A DNA stretch of 64,000 bases from an uncultured Alphaproteobacteria bacterium (GCA_903821695.1 CAIJLX010000097.1:3542-67541), one strand, 5' to 3'. Counted from the stretch's first letter, positions 53,793-63,854 are shown. Notes: a model not told the origin generated them from the letters alone. Numbers and translations: made by a program.

Positions 53793-54491
53793 TTAGAATT
53801 TGCGTTCAGCGCTGCCGTTGGTAATCAAATCTGCACGGCGTTGCAGGAATGCGCTGCGGTATGTGGCATATGGATCAATCGCCGATTCGTCGATTTGATC
53901 GGTAATATCCAATATAGTCGAACGATAATGAATGCCTTGGCCAATTGCGAGACCATAGGTAATAGCATCATTATCAATATAGCTGACAGGGTTGGTAAAC
54001 CAATCCACCACTTTGCCTGCGCCGTCACGGGCGGAGGAAGGGCCAAGCACCGGCAACACCAAGTAAAAACCAGGGCCTGAGCCATAATGACCCAATGTTT
54101 GACCAAAATCTTCCTGACGATAAGGCAGATTCATGTCTTTGGCGCGATCCCAGAATCCAGCAACGCCAAACGTAGTGTTCACCACGAAACGACCCAGCGT
54201 ATCTGCAGCTAAACTAGGTTCACCTTGGAGCAAAATATTTAAGAAATTGATCGGCTCCGCCAAGTTGGTGAAGAAATTGCCAATACGGTCGCGGCCATAA
54301 TCAGGTACAACTTTACGGTACGTCCAGGCGAGCGGGCGAATGACGCCTTTATCGAGATATTTGTTAAAGAAGAACACACCACGGTTCACGGTTTCCAGCG
54401 GATCATATTCCGAGGGCTCTTGCGCAAACGCGGGTATAGCGACTGCAAGCATGGTGATGAAAGAAAACCGGAGGATGAAGCGGCTTATCAT
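53793..54491 (-). CDS. mlaA: MlaA/VacJ family lipoprotein
   Basis: YDPLETVNRGVFFFN...D..VIRPLAWTYRKVVP......I.NFF.NL.EP...LN.LLQG is the VacJ signature. Confidence 0.85.
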   Translation of the reverse strand: MISRFILRFSFITMLAVAIPAFAQEPSEYDPLETVNRGVFFFNKYLDKGVIRPLAWTYRKVVPDYGRDRIGNFFTNLAEPINFLNILLQGEPSLAADTLGRFVVNTTFGVAGFWDRAKDMNLPYRQEDFGQTLGHYGSGPGFYLVLPVLGPSSARDGAGKVVDWFTNPVSYIDNDAITYGLAIGQGIHYRSTILDITDQIDESAIDPYATYRSAFLQRRADLITNGSAERKF

Positions 54492-54666
54492 GTAAAATTA
54501 CCTAAAATAGAGTATATAGATTTTATGCTTAGTTGAACAGGGGTAACAAAACAAGTTTCCTTTATATAAAACTATTGCTTTTTATGGGTTTTTTATATTC
54601 CTTTTGCATCCCTGTTGCAAAAAAGTCACTTTGTTTTTCGACCACTTACCACTAAAGAATGAGAGT

Positions 54667-55560
54667 ATGACCATCACCACCCTAAACCGCAAACTTGCCG
54701 AATTTGAACCACCGAAAGATATCGCGGTTTCGTTCGAATTTTTTCCGCCAAAAACGCCCGAAATGGAGGAAAGCCTATGGCATTCTGTTAAAAAGCTAGA
54801 GCCACTTTCCCCGCGTTTTGTCTCGGTGACCTATGGCGCCGGCGGCAGCACCCGTGAGCGCACCCATAAAACCATCAAGCGTATCCTAAACGAAACCAAT
54901 TTAAAGCCCGCCTCACACCTGACGTGTGTGAACGCAACCAAGGAAGAAATTAAGAATATCGCTCAAGATTATTGGAATATGGGCGTCCGCCACATCGTGG
55001 CCCTGCGCGGCGATGCACCAAACGGCGCAGGAAGATATGAACCAACCCCTGGCGGTTATGCGTATGGCGCTGATCTGGTAAAAGGCCTGCGCGAAATTGC
55101 TGATTTCGAAATCAGTGTCGCTGCTTACCCTGAAACACATCCTGAAGCTTTAAGCGCGGAAGATGATCTCGATCACCTTAAGCGCAAGTGTGATGCCGGT
55201 GCCACGCGCGCAATTACCCAATATTTCTTCGATATCGATCACTTTCTGCGGTTCAAAGAACGCTGCATCAAAGCAGGTATCACCATTCCGATCGTGCCCG
55301 GCATTTTACCCATTCACCATTATAGCCAGATGGTCAAATTCAGTGTCATGTGTGGCACCTCCGTTCCAACATGGCTTACGGATTTGCTGCAACCACTGGA
55401 TAGCGATCCGGAAATCCATCGCTTAATCTCGATTTTGATCGCTGCGGAACAATGCCGCCTGCTTGCCGAAAATGGCATTAATGAATTTCATTTCTATACC
55501 TTAAATCGGGCAGAGCTTACCTATGCAGTCTGCCATTTGCTCGGTATCCGCAAACCATGA
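54667..55560 (+). CDS. metF: 5,10-methylenetetrahydrofolate reductase
   Basis: The ATG at 54667 follows GAGAG. VSFEFFPPKT, FVSVTYGAGGSTR, HLTC, VALRGD and ITQ.FFD are MetF motifs. Confidence 0.9.
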   Translation: MTITTLNRKLAEFEPPKDIAVSFEFFPPKTPEMEESLWHSVKKLEPLSPRFVSVTYGAGGSTRERTHKTIKRILNETNLKPASHLTCVNATKEEIKNIAQDYWNMGVRHIVALRGDAPNGAGRYEPTPGGYAYGADLVKGLREIADFEISVAAYPETHPEALSAEDDLDHLKRKCDAGATRAITQYFFDIDHFLRFKERCIKAGITIPIVPGILPIHHYSQMVKFSVMCGTSVPTWLTDLLQPLDSDPEIHRLISILIAAEQCRLLAENGINEFHFYTLNRAELTYAVCHLLGIRKP

Positions 55561-58418
55561 AATTTTTCCGTTTCATCTTTGGCCTGATCAAGCTCGTATT
55601 GTGGATTACGATCCCGCTCGCGCTCAGTATCGGTGGTTTATATATTTATACCCAGACCAAAGATTGGAACAAAGAAGCAAAAATGATCGCACAAGAAGTG
55701 CAGATCGCAACCGGTCGCCAATTGTTTCTGAAGGGCGGCGTCGAATTTAAATTTTTCCCGCGCCCCACTCTTACTATCAGAGAAACGCGCCTCGATAATC
55801 TTCCAGGTGCTGCGAATGATGCATTAGCCAGCATACCACAAATGATTGTGACCCCTAGCCTACTTTCGCTCATCACCGGCGATATGGCGATTGATGATAT
55901 CACGTTAGTTTCCCCTATAATTGCCTTAGAGATTTTACCAGATGGGCGGAAAAGTTGGGACTTAAGTATTGGGCGGACCAATGCTGGTACCACAACCAAC
56001 ACAATGCCTATTAAGCAAATCACGCTGAAGGATGCATGGCTTAAAGGTTATAACCAACACACCAAATATGACACGAAGCTGCTCAAAGTTTCTGGTGTTA
56101 TCATTCCCCAAAGCCTGCAAGGTGCAATGAAATTTGACGGCACGGTTGCCCGTGGTGATGAGCAACCGCTTGGGCTTTCCTTCGATACCGGCGCATTGGT
56201 TTCACTCGGCACGATTCCGCTCACGCTGAATATCAAATCCGGTATTTCTACCTTAACCATAAAAGGCAGCTTAGAAAATATCGGTACCAACAACCCGCAA
56301 TATAACTTCGCCGTCGATGGCCAACTCGATCAAAAACTCTTGCCGTTCGGTAATCGTTTGGCAAAAGCGGTGAGCCCTGCTGTCAAAGTTTCCGGGCAAA
56401 TTGCCGGTACTTCAAAAATGCTCAATCTAAGCAAACTTACACTCGAAGGCACTTCCATTGCCGGCCAAGGCGAAGGCAATATCGATTTAAGCAAAACACG
56501 CCCGGCGATTAAAATAAATCTGCTACTTTCCCAAGTCGCTTTGGAGGCGAATGTGCTATTGCCGCAAGGCGTTGCAACCCTTACCCCCACCGCTTCACCA
56601 GAGCAAGCCGCCGCCAATCCTTCTTATCGCGTGGGCGATATCGGCTTCGGTAAATATCACGAACTTAATTTGCTCAATGATGTTGATATCGTATTCGATC
56701 TCGGCATCACCCAAGCCAAGTTCCAACAAGAATTACTGCGCGATGTGCGCCTCAATATCAGTTCCGTTCCTGCTGGTGGTTTAGAATTACGCAATCTCTC
56801 CGCCAAACTACCTGGCGATACCACCGTCGAAGCCAAAGGCACCATCACCGATGACGGCAGCGTAAGCGATATGGCCGCGCGTTTCGTCGGCAACATCAAA
56901 GTAAATGGCAATAGCCTCAAACAATTTTTAACCTGGCTCAAAGTAAGCCTACCGCCAATCCCTAAAGATAAACTCAATGCCTTCGCCGTTAGTGCAAACG
57001 CCATTCTTTCCAAACGCGAAGTTGCTGTTCCTGCTCTCGTCGCCCGTTTTGATGAAACCAGCATTACCGGCGGCAGCGCGGTGGTTTCGAATGATGCATC
57101 GAAGCCATCACAAGTTTCTTTAGTCATGGATAATTTAAACTTAGATCTCTATCTTCCTAAGTTAGAAGATTTAATTAAAGAAGCAGGCGGCAGCCAGCAA
57201 GAAGCACAATATGAAAAACTAAACTCCATCCAGCGCCGATTTGATTTCCTTCGTGTAGTGCAAACTTCATTTGGTGCCACCGATCTCACCTTCACTATCA
57301 ATAACCTTATTTATAAAGGTGAACAAGTTGCCAAAGCCTCTACCCGCATTCGCTTCGGTGCTGCACAATTAGAACTGACCGATATTGATGTTATCTCTAA
57401 AAACATTCAGCTCCATGGAAAAATCCAAATCGATGCTACAGGCCTGCGTCCTTTCATCAATGCGGATTTGGAGGTACAGGATTTTAACACGGCTGATGTT
57501 CCTGGCATCCGCGTTTTCTTTTCCGAAAAACAAAACGTGGCGTCTGCACCTGCTGAAGGTCAGGCTGCTATCAGCGAACGTTGGTCAAAAGAATTATTAG
57601 ATATGCATGATATGCAGGCCTATGACGGCAAAGCACATCTCTATTTCCGTTCGCTGACACACAAAAATATATTGTTTGAAAACGTCACCGTCCAACTCCA
57701 TTTCCAAGAAAATTTCTTATATGCCGATAGCATCCGTGGCACTGTGTTTGATGGCGGAAAATTCGATGGTAAAGCAGTGCTTAATATTGCGGCTCAACCT
57801 ACTCTCAGCCTCTCATTCGCATTGAGCAATGCAAGCGTGAAAGAAGCGTTGCTGCAATTCTTCAATGTGAAGTCTATCACCGAAGGTCGCTTCAGCACTA
57901 GCGGCAGTATCAGCACAATGGGCAATGATATCCGCAGCATGGTTTCACGCCTGGAAGGCAGTTTGAATTTGATCTTGCGTGGTGCCAAAATTGAAGGATT
58001 TGATCTTGTTGCACTCACCCAATCACTCGCCCAAATTTTAAGTGCAAAACAAATGCGCGATCTCGCCGATGCAGCACTACGCCCCGGTGCACCTGGCTCA
58101 ATGTATTATGATTATGCTGCTGGCAACCTCATTCTTTCCGCCGGTACATTGGTGATGAAAGATCTGCAATTATATTCACCTAATTTTCCGCCGCTTTCTG
58201 CAACTGGCAATGTGAATCTTGCTGGCTGGAATTATGATATCGTACTCAAAACCGGTTTACCATTAGGTGAGAGTGGCGGCTTTACCTTACGCCGGGAAGC
58301 ATTAGACGCCGACGTTCCGCTATTCGCTCGCATTCAAGGCAGCATCGACAACCCAACCTTCATTTGGGAAAAAGGCGCTATTCAGAAATATTGGGAAAAA
58401 CGCTTCTATCAACGTTAA
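55557..58418 (+). CDS. AsmA family protein (second paralogue)
   Basis: 953 aa with an N-terminal TM anchor and a long beta-rich periplasmic region. The C-terminus has an AsmA-like ...IQGSIDNPTF... motif. The start overlaps the metF stop (ATGA). Confidence 0.65.
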   Translation: MKFFRFIFGLIKLVLWITIPLALSIGGLYIYTQTKDWNKEAKMIAQEVQIATGRQLFLKGGVEFKFFPRPTLTIRETRLDNLPGAANDALASIPQMIVTPSLLSLITGDMAIDDITLVSPIIALEILPDGRKSWDLSIGRTNAGTTTNTMPIKQITLKDAWLKGYNQHTKYDTKLLKVSGVIIPQSLQGAMKFDGTVARGDEQPLGLSFDTGALVSLGTIPLTLNIKSGISTLTIKGSLENIGTNNPQYNFAVDGQLDQKLLPFGNRLAKAVSPAVKVSGQIAGTSKMLNLSKLTLEGTSIAGQGEGNIDLSKTRPAIKINLLLSQVALEANVLLPQGVATLTPTASPEQAAANPSYRVGDIGFGKYHELNLLNDVDIVFDLGITQAKFQQELLRDVRLNISSVPAGGLELRNLSAKLPGDTTVEAKGTITDDGSVSDMAARFVGNIKVNGNSLKQFLTWLKVSLPPIPKDKLNAFAVSANAILSKREVAVPALVARFDETSITGGSAVVSNDASKPSQVSLVMDNLNLDLYLPKLEDLIKEAGGSQQEAQYEKLNSIQRRFDFLRVVQTSFGATDLTFTINNLIYKGEQVAKASTRIRFGAAQLELTDIDVISKNIQLHGKIQIDATGLRPFINADLEVQDFNTADVPGIRVFFSEKQNVASAPAEGQAAISERWSKELLDMHDMQAYDGKAHLYFRSLTHKNILFENVTVQLHFQENFLYADSIRGTVFDGGKFDGKAVLNIAAQPTLSLSFALSNASVKEALLQFFNVKSITEGRFSTSGSISTMGNDIRSMVSRLEGSLNLILRGAKIEGFDLVALTQSLAQILSAKQMRDLADAALRPGAPGSMYYDYAAGNLILSAGTLVMKDLQLYSPNFPPLSATGNVNLAGWNYDIVLKTGLPLGESGGFTLRREALDADVPLFARIQGSIDNPTFIWEKGAIQKYWEKRFYQR

Positions 58419-59158
58419 GCAGCGTTTGCGCTTAAGCCTTCCAATACAGAGAGGAATGTTTCCTCCAGCGTTTTACCTTTGGCCTGATATTCCTTCTTGA
58501 ACACTTCGGGCGTTCCCGTGAATACAATATTGCCCGCATGCAACACCGCAATCCGATCACAAATCTGATCCATATCCGCAAGAATATGTGAGCTAAAGAA
58601 AATCGTCCGCCCTGCATCGCGATAGCTTTGTAGCACCCGTTTTAAATAGACGCGCGCCTTAGGATCAAGGCCACTCATCGGCTCATCCAAAATCAACAAT
58701 GGTGTCTCACTCAAAAATGCAGAGATCAATCCGAGTTTCTGGCCCATACCTTTCGAATAACGTGCAATCTTTTGCTGCAAGGCCTTTGGATCCAAATCCA
58801 ACGACTCTGCCATACGCTGCCCTTGCTCTTTTTTATAAGGCTTTTCATAGTATGAAGCCGCAAGCGAAAGAAACTCGTGACCCTTCAGATAAGGCGAAGG
58901 CATAAACTTCTCTGGCAGATAACAAAGATGTCGTCGACTTTTTGCAATTGTATGGTCTTCACCAAATAATTGTATGTTGCCTTTATCCGCTTTCAGCAAA
59001 TCCAAAATAATTTTAATCAGTGTCGTTTTTCCAACACCGTTCAACCCGATCAGACCAAAAATTTCTCCGGGCGCCAATTTAAAATCGACTCCATCCAGAA
59101 CCTTTCGTTTGCCATATTTCTTGGTGATACCATTTATTTCCAATGGTGCTTTTTCCAT
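58415..59158 (-). CDS. ABC transporter ATP-binding protein (ABC-2 type), no adjacent permease
   Basis: Walker A GLNGVGKTT, signature YSKGMGQKL, Walker B LLILDEP and an H-loop SSHIL. The start is 14 nt downstream of the PilP-like gene. The stop overlaps the asmA-like stop (TTAA). Confidence 0.85.
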   Translation of the reverse strand: MEKAPLEINGITKKYGKRKVLDGVDFKLAPGEIFGLIGLNGVGKTTLIKIILDLLKADKGNIQLFGEDHTIAKSRRHLCYLPEKFMPSPYLKGHEFLSLAASYYEKPYKKEQGQRMAESLDLDPKALQQKIARYSKGMGQKLGLISAFLSETPLLILDEPMSGLDPKARVYLKRVLQSYRDAGRTIFFSSHILADMDQICDRIAVLHAGNIVFTGTPEVFKKEYQAKGKTLEETFLSVLEGLSANAA

Positions 59159-59171
59159 AAAGTGTCTCCTT

Positions 59172-60260
59172 TTATTTTACGATCGGGCCTAGCATTACTG
59201 GCGATTGTAGTCTTGGTCTTGGTGCTTCTGGCACTACAGCAGGTGCAGATGCTGGTGGCGGAATTTGCACTTGTCCTGGCTGTTGCCCTGCCGGTGCTGT
59301 TGTTGCTGCTGCAATTGCCGCTTGCTGAGGCGCATCAAAAACAGTGCTTTTTACAAATCCTTCGACAATTTTCATACTTCTACTGACAAATGTTTGGTGC
59401 GGTCCTAACACAAAGCGCACATAACGGCGGTTGCGGTCAACACCGATCAATCCATCTTTCGATACATAGGCAAAACGTGGCACTTCTTGTCCTGGCTTAA
59501 TTTCAAGAGGTATAACCTTCTTTTCCCATTCCGGTGAGATAAAATCAAGCTGCTCTGTCTCCCAAATAAATTCTACCGAATCCTGATTCACACTTGCAAT
59601 TTCAAGCTCTGGGAATTTAGCACCGGCACGGATACGGCGCGAGTTCATCCAAATCGTCCAATTATCAGGTTTATTATAAAGCACCGAATTAAGGAAAAAT
59701 GCTGGCGCTACGCGTGGCACTTTGACTTCAACTGCCACCGCACCAACCGACTGATCGGTAAGCCCGCGTGCAGCATTATAAAGCTGCCTCAATTGCTCCG
59801 ATGGAAACATCAGTGAGCTACGCCATTTGAGCACCTCAAAATTGCTGCCGTTAAATTGGTTCGGATCTTGATTGATGTTCAGCACTTGTTCTTTTGCTTT
59901 TTGAAGTTGCTTTGGCACTGTTTGTGGTGCTTGCTCAATGGCTTTACGAATCTGGTCCGGATTTTCAATTAAGTTCAATACGCTATCTGCTGCATTTTGC
60001 ATGCGCGCTGAAACTCCGTTTGGGTTGACAAAACTCGGCTGCACCGGCGCCTCAACCGGCACCGAAGGCTTGGCCACGGGAACCGCCGCCACTGGTGTAG
60101 GCGCTGGTGCCGGGATAAGTGAGGGTGCTGGGAGAACCGGCGCAGACACAGCGGGCGTAGAACCCGGCAATTCCGGCGGTAAATTTGAAGGCGCTGGAAC
60201 TTGCGCTAATGCAACGTGTGCACAAAAAAACAAACCGATTGCTAGCCCAAAAATTCTCAT
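59172..60260 (-). CDS. secreted Pro-rich protein with PilP/GspC-HR-like core
   Basis: Signal peptide MRIFGLAIGLFFCAHVALAQ. Both ends are Pro/Ala/Val-rich and low-complexity. The core FFLNSVLYNKPDNWTIWMNSRRIRAG..FPELEIASVNQDSVEFIW resembles the PilP / GspC HR-domain pattern. Confidence 0.45.
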   Translation of the reverse strand: MRIFGLAIGLFFCAHVALAQVPAPSNLPPELPGSTPAVSAPVLPAPSLIPAPAPTPVAAVPVAKPSVPVEAPVQPSFVNPNGVSARMQNAADSVLNLIENPDQIRKAIEQAPQTVPKQLQKAKEQVLNINQDPNQFNGSNFEVLKWRSSLMFPSEQLRQLYNAARGLTDQSVGAVAVEVKVPRVAPAFFLNSVLYNKPDNWTIWMNSRRIRAGAKFPELEIASVNQDSVEFIWETEQLDFISPEWEKKVIPLEIKPGQEVPRFAYVSKDGLIGVDRNRRYVRFVLGPHQTFVSRSMKIVEGFVKSTVFDAPQQAAIAAATTAPAGQQPGQVQIPPPASAPAVVPEAPRPRLQSPVMLGPIVK

Positions 60261-60883
60261 TGTTTGCGCACCGTTTTCCAGGTGAACACTACGCTACCTT
60301 CCACCAATACTGGAATACTACTGTTCTGAATTTGAGCTAATACTGCGGGTGAAATTTCAATTTTACGATTCATCACCAGTTTCTCGACGCGGATATAGCC
60401 GGGTAATGTTTCAAACAGCTCCTGCAGGAATGACATCATCAATTCATCCGAAAGCCCGCCGAATGTTAGGGTGATGGTATTAAAATGAGTGATGTAACCT
60501 TTTTGTTCTTGTGTCCCCACCAATGGCGCAACGTTGGTCAATGAAATATCGAGAACGGCTAATCGATAGCGCACTTTCAGGTTTTGTAGAGCAGGTTGCA
60601 AAATCGCAAGCCGCGAGGGCAAATCGCTTAAATTGATGTCGCGCTGCTTATCCGGAATGCGATTATAATGCAGCTGCAGCTGCAGAAATTTATCATTATC
60701 TTCTTCCAGCTTCACGATTTGGTTCTTAGCTAACGCTAGGTCATTTTCAACCTGCGCCAGCGTATCTTCTCTGTTTTGCCGATCATAAAAACTGTACCCC
60801 GTGATAAGCAATGCACCGAGCGCAATGCCACCAACAATCGAGGCGACTTTGATGAGCTCTTCGCGGATAACGACTGTTTTCAT
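60257..60883 (-). CDS. PilO/GspM-like bitopic protein
   Basis: 208 aa with an N-terminal TM helix (VASIVGGIALGALLITGYSF), a coiled coil, then an alpha/beta domain (ITLTFGGLSDELMMSFLQELFETLPGYIRVEKLVM), as in PilO/GspM. It overlaps both neighbours by 4 nt. Confidence 0.5.
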   Translation of the reverse strand: MKTVVIREELIKVASIVGGIALGALLITGYSFYDRQNREDTLAQVENDLALAKNQIVKLEEDNDKFLQLQLHYNRIPDKQRDINLSDLPSRLAILQPALQNLKVRYRLAVLDISLTNVAPLVGTQEQKGYITHFNTITLTFGGLSDELMMSFLQELFETLPGYIRVEKLVMNRKIEISPAVLAQIQNSSIPVLVEGSVVFTWKTVRKQ

Positions 60884-62634
60884 GGCTTAGGAACCAATGG
60901 TTGAGCTGGCACAGGCGCAATGGCTGCGGGCGCAACCGGAATAGCAGGTTTCAGTGGCGCAGGCGTAGGCATCATTTTTGCTGGTGCTTGTACTGGCAAA
61001 GGCGTTGGCTTTTTTTGTTCTGGCCGTGGCATTTCAAACATTGCTTTACGAATGTCCTCCGTTATTTTGCCGCTGATCGTAAGTTGAAGCGTACTTTTTG
61101 TTAGTGTGTTTGCTGGCGCTGCCGCCGTAGAACCGGCTACCGTTGGCCCCCCTTCGACGGATAATTTAAAGTCACCCTGCCCGGGCAAACCTGTAAAGGC
61201 AACTTGCTGCGTTTTAAATGCGTCACGCATGCTCTGTGCGAATGCATTTATTTCTTTCAGATATGCATCGAGAGTTGGCGAACGATTCGGATAATCAATC
61301 GTGCCAATAAATGTAAATTCACTTTCCTGCTTTTTGGTGGCCGGATTTATTCCTTCTGAGGTCGCTATCTGCATCGCAGTATATAACGCTATCGGACCTT
61401 TTGTTTCACCCACCTTTGTTAAAAATTGAAAGGGGACAATCGCATCCTGTGAAAATTGATCATAGAGTGCAACCATTGCCTCTACTTCTGCTTTACGACT
61501 TGCCTGTGCGTCAGCACGTTGTTGAAGCTCGCGTTGTTCCCTTTGAACACGAGTGAGCTTCTCTTGCTCTTCCCCTGTTTTGATATAGGTAACAACAGAA
61601 GTATAAATATTAAAGATAACCAGCAGCACAGAAATAGGGATAAGTGCTGCACCAAAAATTTGCAGAGCAAGTTTTCCTATCACCATTTTTCGAGTGTGTT
61701 CGATTAGCGTTGTGCTCAATCTTAATATCGGCTTTTTGCCTTTACCAAATTGCGCCAATATTACGACATCTGCAAATTTATCGCGTGGCTCTGTTGCATT
61801 CACTAGTCCCAGCTGTCCCGCCACTTCGTGTGGCGTTAACACATAACTATTTGCTACTTTTAATCGCGTTGATTCTAACTGCTTTTTTACTTCCGAAGCT
61901 GTGATAATAAAAATATCCATCCCAGCTTTTTCATCGAAAGCCATTCGGCGGATATATTCCATCGTACTTAGAATTTCTTGCTCGATATGTCCCGCGATCA
62001 CTCCCGGTGCATTGCCACCTACTGGCTGTGCTAACCGCGTAAATAAAAGCCGTCCATTGCGATAAACCACCTGCCGCAGGCCACCGGTTTTATTATGCGT
62101 TACTAGCATTTGCCATTCGGAAGCTTGGGCAACGTTCTCAGTTGCCACCGCTTTTTTAATGGCTTTCACCAACGGTTCGGTTTCAATCGGCAATAAATAA
62201 ATACCAACCAGTTCGTTCGGCAACTCGGCTATCAGCTCAAGCCAATCTGAAAGTGGGGCAACATTGCGTACGGAAAGAAAAAGGAAGTTCCAATCTTTAC
62301 GACCCGTAGTGCTTCGCCCAAGCGGCAACGCGCCTTTAATATCGGTGCGGTCAAATTCTTTTTCTAATCGCCGCGCCACCATTTTGCTGACATTCATCGC
62401 ACTCACTGGCGGTAACGAATGTTGCAGATAGGATTGGTCGGAAACATCCACCAGCACATACACACGTGCTTCGGTGTCACCTAAAAATACTTTTTCGATT
62501 TCCGGTGCGGTGACGTTGTTGAAATAAAAACGCCCTTCAACCTTTCCGGCCACCATATAGACCAGAACCGCACCATCATCTCCCACACTAAGAAGAAATT
62601 TTCGGCCCCTACGTGAGAGTATATCCTTGAGCAT
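60880..62634 (-). CDS. fused PilM/PilN-like or GspL-like bitopic protein with Pro-rich tail
   Basis: 584 aa. A ~320-aa cytoplasmic domain is followed by one TM helix (IFGAALIPISVLLVIFNIYTSVV), a coiled coil (EEQEKLTRVQREQRELQQRADAQASRKAEVE), a periplasmic alpha/beta domain and the C-terminal tail PTPLPVQAPAKMMPTPAPLKPAIPVAPAAIAPVPAQPLVPKP. Confidence 0.45.
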   Translation of the reverse strand: MLKDILSRRGRKFLLSVGDDGAVLVYMVAGKVEGRFYFNNVTAPEIEKVFLGDTEARVYVLVDVSDQSYLQHSLPPVSAMNVSKMVARRLEKEFDRTDIKGALPLGRSTTGRKDWNFLFLSVRNVAPLSDWLELIAELPNELVGIYLLPIETEPLVKAIKKAVATENVAQASEWQMLVTHNKTGGLRQVVYRNGRLLFTRLAQPVGGNAPGVIAGHIEQEILSTMEYIRRMAFDEKAGMDIFIITASEVKKQLESTRLKVANSYVLTPHEVAGQLGLVNATEPRDKFADVVILAQFGKGKKPILRLSTTLIEHTRKMVIGKLALQIFGAALIPISVLLVIFNIYTSVVTYIKTGEEQEKLTRVQREQRELQQRADAQASRKAEVEAMVALYDQFSQDAIVPFQFLTKVGETKGPIALYTAMQIATSEGINPATKKQESEFTFIGTIDYPNRSPTLDAYLKEINAFAQSMRDAFKTQQVAFTGLPGQGDFKLSVEGGPTVAGSTAAAPANTLTKSTLQLTISGKITEDIRKAMFEMPRPEQKKPTPLPVQAPAKMMPTPAPLKPAIPVAPAAIAPVPAQPLVPKP

Positions 62635-62642
62635 GCGCTATC

Positions 62643-63854
62643 TCAGAAATTCATTTTGCTGAAGCTATCATAGAGCGGACCAAATACCGCAGCCGTAATC
62701 CAGAACAACATTACACCCATCACAATTGTGAGAGCAGGCTGAATCAATTCAATCATCGCTTCGACCGAATCATTCACTTCGCGGTCATAGAAGAAGTTTA
62801 CGTTTTCAAGCGCCTGCTCCATTTTGCCACTCTCCTCACCCACTTTGAACATCCGCATCACCAGACTTGGGAACTGGCTCGACACTTGCAGCGAACCGGT
62901 AATTGTATTTCCTTCCGAAACACTTTGGCGAACATAATACACCGCCTCTTTCATCACACGGTTATGCATCACGTTTTCGGATGTTTGAATACATTCAATC
63001 ACATCCATGCCGGCTTTAAATGTAATCGCAAAGAAGTGACAAAACCGCGCCAATTCAATTTTGTGAATCACAGGTCCGATATATGGAATGCGTAGTGCAA
63101 AACGATCGATATTATAGGCAGCAGATTCAGAAGTGCGATAAAGCGTCAGTGTAACCACAAATAGCAATACCGGCATACCCAACAAAATATACCAGTAACT
63201 CACAAATACATCTGAAACAGCAATCAGCGCGCGGCTATAAAACGGTAATTCGAAACCTTGGTTTTTCAAGAAGTCTGTCATCTGTGGCACCACATACAAC
63301 ATCATCAATGCAATCACGCTACTCATCACTACGACAAGAATAATCGGATAGCGCGTTGCAGTTTTAATTTTGCGAACAATCTCGGCCTGCCATTTCAAGT
63401 GGCTAGCCAAGTGGCCAAACGCATCACCCATATTACCGGTACGCTCACCAGCTGAAATTAGCCCCGTAAATACTTCAGAAAATATTTTTGGGTGCTCGCC
63501 TAACGCTTCGGAAAGCAATTTACCCCCCTTCACTGAATCATAAAGTTTGATTACCAATTCGCGTAAGACGTCAGATTCGGAAGCGTCACGCAAATCCGAG
63601 ATCGCATCGAGTATCGGAACACCGGCGCGTTCCAGCTGTTCCATATGCACGCAAAAAATAATCAGGTCGCGGGTGGAAACCGATTTTCGGAACAACGTAA
63701 ACTTGGAAGTGCTGATGACAATTTCTTTAGATTTCAGCAGATCAAGGCCAAGCTTGCGCAGCTTTTCCTGTAGCTCTGTTTCGTTCTCCGCCGTCAAATT
63801 TCCTTTGACCGTCGCGCCACGTACATTCAATGCTTTATAGTTATAGGTCGGCAT
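62643..63854 (-). CDS. GspF/PilC family platform protein (type II secretion / type IV pilus)
   Basis: 403 aa. The N-terminus YNYKALNVRGATVKGNLTAENETELQEKLRKLGLDLL is typical of GspF/PilC. It has two GspF-type repeats and 3 TM helices, and ends in ...AAVFGPLYD.... Confidence 0.85.
   Translation of the reverse strand: MPTYNYKALNVRGATVKGNLTAENETELQEKLRKLGLDLLKSKEIVISTSKFTLFRKSVSTRDLIIFCVHMEQLERAGVPILDAISDLRDASESDVLRELVIKLYDSVKGGKLLSEALGEHPKIFSEVFTGLISAGERTGNMGDAFGHLASHLKWQAEIVRKIKTATRYPIILVVVMSSVIALMMLYVVPQMTDFLKNQGFELPFYSRALIAVSDVFVSYWYILLGMPVLLFVVTLTLYRTSESAAYNIDRFALRIPYIGPVIHKIELARFCHFFAITFKAGMDVIECIQTSENVMHNRVMKEAVYYVRQSVSEGNTITGSLQVSSQFPSLVMRMFKVGEESGKMEQALENVNFFYDREVNDSVEAMIELIQPALTIVMGVMLFWITAAVFGPLYDSFSKMNF

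Noticed and set aside
54492-54666. A SAM-II or other methionine-pathway riboswitch upstream of metF.
   Set aside because: I could not find the conserved SAM-II pseudoknot elements by eye. An Infernal scan would be needed.
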